Assembly: GCA_965204745.1 (NCBI GenBank)
Contig: OZ242010.1
Coordinates: forward strand, 2,336,001 to 2,400,000
Length of the DNA stretch: 64,000 bases
Source of the DNA: Candidatus Latescibacterota bacterium
Lineage (GTDB): Bacteria > Latescibacterota > UBA2968
Direction: 5' to 3'
This document shows positions 16,513 through 25,500 of the stretch, one piece after another. The notes below the pieces were generated by a model. That model did no database searches. It saw only the letters and a list, made by a program, of their open reading frames with translations, and was not told where the DNA came from. Each line of letters starts with the position of its first letter. Within the stretch, counting starts at the first letter, position 1. The position numbers were made by a program, and so were the translations under genes.

Positions 16513-19500
16513 TGGAAGTGGGAGTCGGGATAGAGGCTTCGGATGTAGGGTTCAATGGCTTGAGCGGTCGTGCGCGTAGCATTTTGCTCGATGACGTTCC
16601 CTCTGACGAGGGCCTCGTTCCGGAAGAAGAGGACGTATCGAATGATCAGGATTATATCCGAGAACAGCCTCACATCGCCATCGCCATCCACATCGAGAAT
16701 GTTCTGATTGACCAACGTGTCGAGGTAGGGTTCAATTTCTTGAGCGGTCGTGCGCGTGGCAGTTTGCTCGATGACATTCCCTCTGAGGAGGGCCTCGTTC
16801 CGGAAGAAGAGGACATATCGAATGACCAGGATTATATCCGAGAACAATCTCACCCGGCCATCGCCATCCACATCCAAGTTGGCACTCGGTGCGTCGTCAT
16901 CGGTCAAGGTCAGGGTCACGGGTGAGGGTGCGGTGATGCCTTGGGCGTTGTTTGCGGTTGCAGACACCGTGACCGTCTTATCGTCTGCCCGGTCAGCGTT
17001 TTCCACGGCGGTGATCGTCACGGTGCCCGTGCTCGTTGTGGCCGTCGCCGCGATGATCAGGGTGTCTGCATTCGATAGCGTGAAGTCGCTCGCAGTTGCA
17101 GGGGACACAGGCGTAGCAGAGACCGTGATCGTCGTGATCGCGCTCGATGGATGCGAGAGGGTCGCCGTGATCGTGGAAACCTCGGCGTTTTCCGAGATGG
17201 ACGAGGGGGTGAGCACCAACGTCACGGTCGGTGTGGCCTCATCGTCTGTGATCGTCAGGGTCACGGCAGACGATAGCGACGCCCCATTGCCACCCGCAAC
17301 CGTTGCAGCCACGGTCACGCGCTTGTCCGGTGCATCGGTCGTATTATTCTCCGCTGTGATCGTCACGGTGCCCGTGCTCGTCGTCACACTCGCCGCGACG
17401 GTCAGCGTGGTCGTGGTCGATAGCGTGAAATCGCCCGCAACCGCAGGCGACACAGCCATCGCTGAAACCGTGATCGTCGTCGCCGCGGTCACGGTGCGAT
17501 TTAGCGTCGCCGTTACTGTTGAAACCGCGCCAGCCTCAGAAATCGACGCCGGAGACAAAACCAACGTCACCTGTGCCACTTCGTCATCGATAATCGTCAG
17601 CGTCGCATCAGTGACCGATCCCGTGCCTATGCTGTTGCCCACCGTGCTCGCCGACACGGTCACCGTCTTGTTCCCCGAAGACATGCTGTTGTCCACCGTC
17701 GTGATCGTCACGGTGCCCGTGCTCGTCGTCGCGCCCGCCGCGACGGTCAGCGTGGCCGTGCCCGATAGCGTGAAGTCGCCCGGAACCGCAGGCGACACAG
17801 CCGACGCGGAAACCGTGATCGTCGTCGCCGCGCTCGATGGGTGCGAGAGGGTCGCTGTCACGGTCGAAACCGCGCCAGCTTCAGAAATCAACGCCGGTGC
17901 CACCATCATCGTCACGTCCGGTGCCGCGTCATCGTCTGTGATCGTCAAAGCCGCGCCGGTCACACTGCCCGCGCCTTGGTCGTTGTTCGCTACACCGGCC
18001 ACGGTCACATTGCGATTAGGCGCGTCTTGGGTGTTGTCCACCGCTGTAATGATCACCGTGTCCGACGCGTTCGCCGTGCTCCCGGCCGCGATGGTGATCG
18101 TCGAATCCGACCCCACTGTGTAGGCATTCGCCACCGGGCGCACCGTGATCGTTGTCGCCGCGCTCGATGGGTGTGTCAGCGTCGCGCTCACCGTGCTCAC
18201 GCCGCCGGCCTCCGAGATGGACGCGGGCATCAGCACCAGCGTCACGTCCGGCGCGGCGTCATCGTCTGTGATCGTCAAATCCGTGCCGGTCACACTGCCC
18301 ACGCCTTGGTCATTGCTCACCGCAACAGACACGGTCACATCGTTGTTCGGCGCATCGGTCGCGTTGTCCACGGCCGTGATCTCTACTGTGTCCGTCGCGT
18401 TCGCCGTGCTCCCGGCCGCGATGGTGATCGTCGAATCCATCCCCACCGTGTAAGCATCCGCCACTGGGCGCACCGTGATCGTCGTGATCGCGCTCGACGC
18501 ATGAGACAGCGTCGCCGTGATCGTCGAAACACCGCCGGTCTCTGCAATCGACGCGGGCGACAGCGTCAGTGCCACATCCGGCGCGGCCTCATCGTCTGTG
18601 ATCGTCAGGGTCACGGCAGACGATAGCGACGCCCCATTGCCACCTGCCACCGTTGCAGACACGGTCACGCCCTTGTCCGGCGCATCGGTCGTGTCGTTCA
18701 CCGATGTGATCGTCACGGTGCCCGTGCTCGTCGTCACACCCGCCGCGATAGTCAGCGTGGTCGTGTTCGATAGCGTGAAGTCATTCGCAACCGCAGGGGA
18801 CACAGCCTCCGCTGAAACCGTGATCGTCGTCGCCGCGGTCGCGGTGCGATTTAGCGTCGCCGTTACTGTTGAAACCGCGCCAGTCTCCGCAATCGACGCC
18901 GGAGACAAAATCAACATCACCTGCGCCACTTCGTCATCGATAATCGTCAGCGGCGCATCAGTGACCGATCCCGTGCCCACGCTGTTGGATGGCGTGCTCG
19001 ACACGGTCACCGTCTTGTTCCCCGAAGACTGGCTGTTGTCCACCGTCGTGATCGTCACGGTGCCCGTGCTCATCGTTTGCCCCGCCGCGACGGTCAGCGT
19101 CTTGTCCGTGCTCAATGTGTAGTCGGATGATGTAGGCACGGAAACCGTGATCGTTGTCGCCGCGCTCGACGTGTGAGACAGGGTCGCCGTCACGGTCGAA
19201 ATCGCGCCGTTCTCTGAAATCAACGCAGGCGTCACAACCATCGTCACGTCCGGCGCAGCGTCATCGTCCGTCAGCGTCAAAGTCACCCCGGTCACACTGC
19301 CCGCGCCATGGGCGTTGCGTGACACACCGGACACGGTCGCGCTGCGATCAAGCGCGTCTTGGGCGTTATCCACGGCCGTGATCGCCACCGTGTCCGACGC
19401 GTTCGCGGTTTGCCCGGCCGCGATGGTGATCGTCGAATCCGTCCCCACGGTATAAGCATCAGCCACCGGGCGCACTGTGATCGTCGTTGCCGAGATCGAT

Positions 19501-22500
19501 AGACGCGATAGCGTCGCCGTGATCGTCGAAACACCGAGGTTCTCCGAAATCGACAACGGTGATGCCGCCAACGTCGCTGTCGGCGCAGCGTCGTCGTCCC
19601 TCAGCGTCAATGTCACGGCAGACGATAAGCGACCTCCATTGCCACCCTGCACCGTTGCAGACACGGTTACGCGCTTGTCCGGCGCATCGGTCATATCGTT
19701 CACCGCTGTGATCGTCACGGTGCCCGTGCTCGTCGTTTGCCTCGCCGCGATGGTCAGCGTTTTCGCGTTCGATAGCGTGAAGGCACTCGCAACCACAGGC
19801 GACACAGGCGCCGCGGAGACCGTGATCGTTGTCGCTGCGCTCGATGGGTGTGCCAGCGTCGCGCTCACCGTTGAAACCTCGCCGTTTTCCGAGATGGACG
19901 AGGGCATCAGTGTCAACGTCACTATCGCGGGTTGGCGTTGAAATTGCACGGTGGTATCCATGCCGGCATATTTCAACACCGGATACTGATCCGCCGCGCC
20001 AAAGGTCCAAGGATCGTCATTGCCAGGCCTGCCATCGACATCCACATTCCAAGTGGCGTAGATGCCGTTGTAATCCGTTTCCGACTGCAACGCGCTGGTG
20101 GTATAGCCCGTGCCGCCAGCACTGGATGAGAGATCGCTACTTTCCGTATCCCAATAGCTATCGGTTCCTGTGCCAGAACCGGTAGCGAACAGACCGCCTG
20201 TCTGGTGGTTGTTCGAATTCCTAGTCGCCGTCCCCGTGGCGTAGCTTGCCGTAATTGTACCGGCATTCTGACCCACGAGACCGCCAATCGCTGAGCTCGC
20301 ATCAGTTCTCCCCCATCCCGACACCGGCCCGGTAGCATAGGACGCTGTCACAGAAGCACCGTTACCCAGGTAACCGACCAACCCGCCGACTTCATAGAGG
20401 ACGCTACCGTACCAATTTGGCCACTTTTGCACGGTGGCATGGGAATAGCAGGCCGCGATGTGACCACTGCTCACCAGCCGGCCGGCCAAACCGCCCACGC
20501 CGTAACGGGCACCCTCAACAAAACCGGTGACATAACAACCCGTTATGCGCCCGCCGTTCTGAGCACCAACTAACCCACCAACGGTGTCTGTCGCGTGTAC
20601 ATTGACATTGAGCAATCCAACCCCAGAAATATCGCCACTCACGATTGAAAACAGCCCAACATTGCTCCTTTGGTTTGTGTGTGGGTAGGACATATACAGA
20701 TAGGAGATGGTCTTGTTATTACCCTTGAACGTACCGGTGTAAGTCCCAATAGGTATCCAACCCGTGCCGCCGTTCCAGTAGGTAGTGTCTGCTTGGGTGA
20801 TTGCGCCGTCGTTGTTCTCGTCAAAGTTGAGGTTGTTGAGCAGTTCGTAGCCTGTGCAGGTTCCGGAAGGGCAACCCATCCGGCCATTGCTGGTGGTGAC
20901 GCGGTTGGGAAAGGCGGCGTTGTAGGTCATAGTGTCACTATCGGCGACGACCCCATCGCCGTTGAGATCCCAGCGGATGGCATGCAGTTGTGCCAGCGTC
21001 TTAATGTCGATGAGGCCATCGCCATCCCTGTCGTAATTGATCGCTTGGGGCGTGCCCATGACCTCGTCCGAGGGCGTGCTATCGGTCCCACCTGCCAGGG
21101 TAGCAGTGACGCGCACCGTGTAGGTCGCGCCAAAAGTCAGGTTCTCTATCGTGTAGGTCGTGGTGCTCATCCCAGAGACCGTCGTCTGGCGATCAGATGT
21201 GTTGTAGCTTTGTCCACCGGACTTCCACTGTATCTTGTAGCCCGTCGCGCCGGTTGCCTCGGTCCAAGCCACAATGAGTTGGGCCGGCCCCGGCGTCACG
21301 CGCACATTGGTGGGCCTGGTGGTCGCCAAGGTCACCATGACTTCCTCCGAGGGGACACTGTCGGCTACATTGATATTGGTACTCGTGGCGATGACGCGAA
21401 TCGTGTAGGTCATCCCTGTAGTCAGCCCAGAAATTTTGTGGATCGTGGTGCTCCCACCAGCGATAGTAGCTTGCCCGTGCGTGGCGGCCTGAGAATCGGC
21501 GTTGGGATAAGTCTCTGACCCGGATTTCCACTGCACCTTATACCCGGTTGCGTTGGTCACCGCATTCCAGGTCACGGTCAGCGTGTCCACCGTCGCACTC
21601 ACATCCACACCCGTTGGGCTACCCAGCGTGAGAATGCTGATCACTTCCTCCGAAGGGGCACTGTCGGCTACATTGGTACGCGTGGCGATGACGCGAATCG
21701 TGTAGGCCATCCCTACGGTCAGCCCAGAAATATCGTAGGTCGTGGTACTCCCGTCAGTGATGGTGGCTTGCCCGTGCGTGGCGGACGCCACATCGGCGTT
21801 GGGATAAGTCTCTGCCCCGGTTTTCCACTGCACCTTATACCCGGTCGCCCCGTTCACCGCATTCCAAGTCACGGTCAATGTGTCCCCCTTCGCCGCCACC
21901 ATCACAGTCGGACTGCCCAGCAGAGGAACGCCGGTCACTTCCTCCGAAGGGGCACTGTCGGCTACATTGGTACGCGTGGCGATGACGCGAATCGTGTAAG
22001 TCGTCCCTGCGGTCAGCCCAGAAATATCGTAGGTCGTGGCACTCCCGCTTGCGATGGTGGCTTGCCCGCGCAAGGCGGCCGCCACATCGGCGTTGGGATA
22101 AGTCTCTGACCCGGTTTTCCACTGCACCTTATACCCGGTGGCATCGTCCACCGCGTTCCAAGTCACGGTCAGCGTGTCCACCTTCGCCGCCACCATCACA
22201 GTCGGACTGCCCAGCACGGGAACGCCGGTCATTTCCTCCGAGGGGGCACTGTCGGCTACATTGGTACGCGTGGCGATGACGCGAATCGTGTAAGTCGTCC
22301 CTACGGTCAGCCCAGAAATATCGTAGGTCGTGGCACTCCCGCCTGCGATGGTGGCTTGCCCACGCAAGGCGGCCGCCACATCGGCGTTAGGATAAGTCTC
22401 TGACCCGGTTTTCCACTGCACCTTATACCCGGTGGCATCGTCCACCGCGTTCCAAGTCACGGTCAGCGTGTCCACCTTCGCCGCCACCATCACAGTCGGA

Positions 22501-25500
22501 CTGCCCAGCACGGGAACGCCGGTCACTTCCTCCGAGGGGGCACTGTCGGCTACATTGGTACGCGTGGCGATGACGCGAATCGTGTAAGTCGTCCCTACGG
22601 TCAGCCCAGAAATATCGTAGGTCGTGGCACTCCCGCCTGCGATGGTGGCTTGCCCGCGCAAGGCGGACGCCACATCGGCGTTAGGATAAGTCTCTGACCC
22701 GGTTTTCCACTGCACCTCATACCCGGTGGCATCGTCCACCGCGTTCCAAGTCACGGTCAATGTGTCCACCGTCGCACTCACCTCCACACCCGTCGGGCGT
22801 TCCAGCATGGGAACGCCGGTCACTTCCTCCGAGGGGGCACTGTCGGCTACATTGGTACTCGTGGCGATGACGCGAATCGTGTAGGTCGTCCCTCTGGTCA
22901 GCCCAGAAATTTTGTAGGTCGTGGCACTCCCGTCAGTGATGGTGGCTTGCCCGCGCAAGGCGGACGCCTGATCGGCGGTGGGATACATCTCATTCCCTGA
23001 TTTCCACTGCACCTTATACCCGGTGGCACTGGTCACCACATTCCAAGTCACGGTCAACGTGTCCAACTTCGCCGCCACCATTACAGTCGGAATGCCCAGC
23101 CTGGAGATAACGCCGGTCTGCTCTGCTGAGGGCATGCCATCGCGGGCACCGGTTTTGGTGGCAATGACACGCACTGTGTAGGTCGTCCCGATGATCAAGT
23201 TGGGGATCTTGTGGAGCGTATCCGTGACGGTCGTCTGACGCGAGGCGGCGTAGCTCTGCATGCCGGATTTCCACTGCACCTTGTACCCCGTCGCATAACT
23301 CGCCGTGCGCCAACGCACGTCCAAGGTGCCCGCTTGTGGCGTCACGGTCACACTTGTCGGAATGCCCGGCGGTTGCATTGCAAATTGTGCGGCGGTGTCC
23401 AGGCCGGCATATTTCAACACCGGATACTGATCCGCCGCGCCAAAGGTCCACGGGTCGTCATTGCCAGACCTGCCATCGACATCCACATCCCAACTGGCGT
23501 AGATGTCGTCGTATGACGTTTGCGACTGCAACGCGCTGGTGGTCTGGCCCGTGCCGCCAGAACTGGATGGGCGACCACTACTTTCCGTATCCCAGTAGCT
23601 ATGGGACACATTGAAAGCTCCAACCCCTGTCAATCCGCCTACATTTATGCTCCCAGTGACTCTCCCCGTGGCATAGCTAGCCGAAAGATTACCACCATTA
23701 AAGTGCCCAACCAGACCGCCCACATTGTCATGTCCAGCCACCGGCCCGATGGCGTAGGACGCTATCACCTGTCCCTCTCCAATCACGTGGCCCACCAAAC
23801 CGCCGGGAGTAAGACCGCCGGTATTATTCCGATTCCGACTACTTCTGACCTCAGCATTGGTATAGCTGGCCGCGATAATGCCTTGTGATTGACCCACTAA
23901 ACCGCCCGCAGTGTGAACGGCACTCTCAACGCGACCCGTGACAAAACAGCCCAGGATGCGACCACCCGTCTGAGCACCGGCCAACCCACTCACGTAGTAT
24001 TGGCCTCTTACATTGACATTTTTCAGCCCCAGACCGGAAATGTTGCCGCTGACACGGCTGAACAGCCCAACATACCAACCAGTAGTAGTGTCGCCGGGAG
24101 GAAGATTAACAAAGATACGGGCGATGTACAGGTTGGAGATGGTCTTGTTATTGCCCTTGAATGTGCCAGTGTAAGTCTCCCGCGAAGCAATCCTCCACGT
24201 TCCAATAGGGAGCCAACCCACGCCGCTGGTCCATGAGGATGGGCCTTCTGAAAAGTCGAGGTTGTTGAGCAATTCGTAGCCTGTGCAGGTCCCGGAAGGG
24301 CAACCCATCCGGACATTGCTGGTGGTATCGCGGTTGGGAAAAGCGGCGGCATAAACGGCGTGGGTAGCGTCGCCGTTGCCATCCATGTCGTAGCGGATGG
24401 CATTGAGTTGCGCCAGCGTCGTAATGTCGATGAGGCCATCGCCATCCCTGTCGTAATCGATCCCCGGGGGCGTGCCCATGACCTCGTCCGAGGGCGTGCT
24501 ATCGACCCCACCTGACAGGATAGCAAGGACGCGCACCGTGTAGGTCGTGCTAACCGTCAGGTTCTCTATCGTGTAGGTCGTGGTGCTCACCCCAGAGACC
24601 TGCGCCTGTCGAGAAGAGGGGTCGTATGCCTGTTGCCCGGACTTCCACTGCACCTTGTATCCCGTCGCGCCGGTTGCCTCGGTCCAACGCACGAGGAGTT
24701 GGGTCGTCCCCGGGGTCACGCGCACATTGGTGGGCCTGTTTGTCGCCGGCATCACCATGACCTCGTCCGAAGGCGTGCTGTCGGCGATATTGATATTGGT
24801 GCTCGTGGCGATGACGCGAACCGCGTAGAGCGTCCCGACGGTCACACCGGAGATTTTGTGGGTCGTGGTGTTCCCGCCTGCGATGGTGGCTTGCCCGCGC
24901 GTGGCGGAATCCAGATCGACGGTGGGATAAGTCAGAGCCCCTGATTTCCACTGCACCTTATACCCGGTTGCATTGGGCACCGCATTCCAAGTCACGGTCA
25001 GCGTGTCCATCTTCGCCGCCACCATCACAGTCGGCTTGCCCAGCAAAGGAACGCCGGGCACCTCGGCTGAGGGAGCACTATCGGCTACATTGGTGTGCGT
25101 GGCGATGACTTGAACCGTGTAGGTCGTCCCTGCGGTCAACCCAGAAATTTTGTGGGTCGTGGTGTTCCCGCCAGCGATGGTGGCTTGCCCGCGCAAGGCG
25201 GACGCCAGATCGGCGGTGGGATACATCTCTGACCCGGATTTCCACTGCACCTTATACCCCGTTGCATTGGGCACCGCATTCCAAGTCACGGTCAGCGTGT
25301 CCATATCCGCCGCCACCATCACCCCCATTGGGCTACGCAACAAGGGAACGCCGGGCACCTCGACAGAGGGAGCACTCCCGGGCAGACCGGCCTTGGTGGC
25401 AATGACACGCACGAGATAGGGCGCCCCGGCGATCAAGTTGGGGATCGCGTAGCGCGTCCCCGTGACGATCGCCTGACGCGAAACATCGTAGGTCCGCCTG

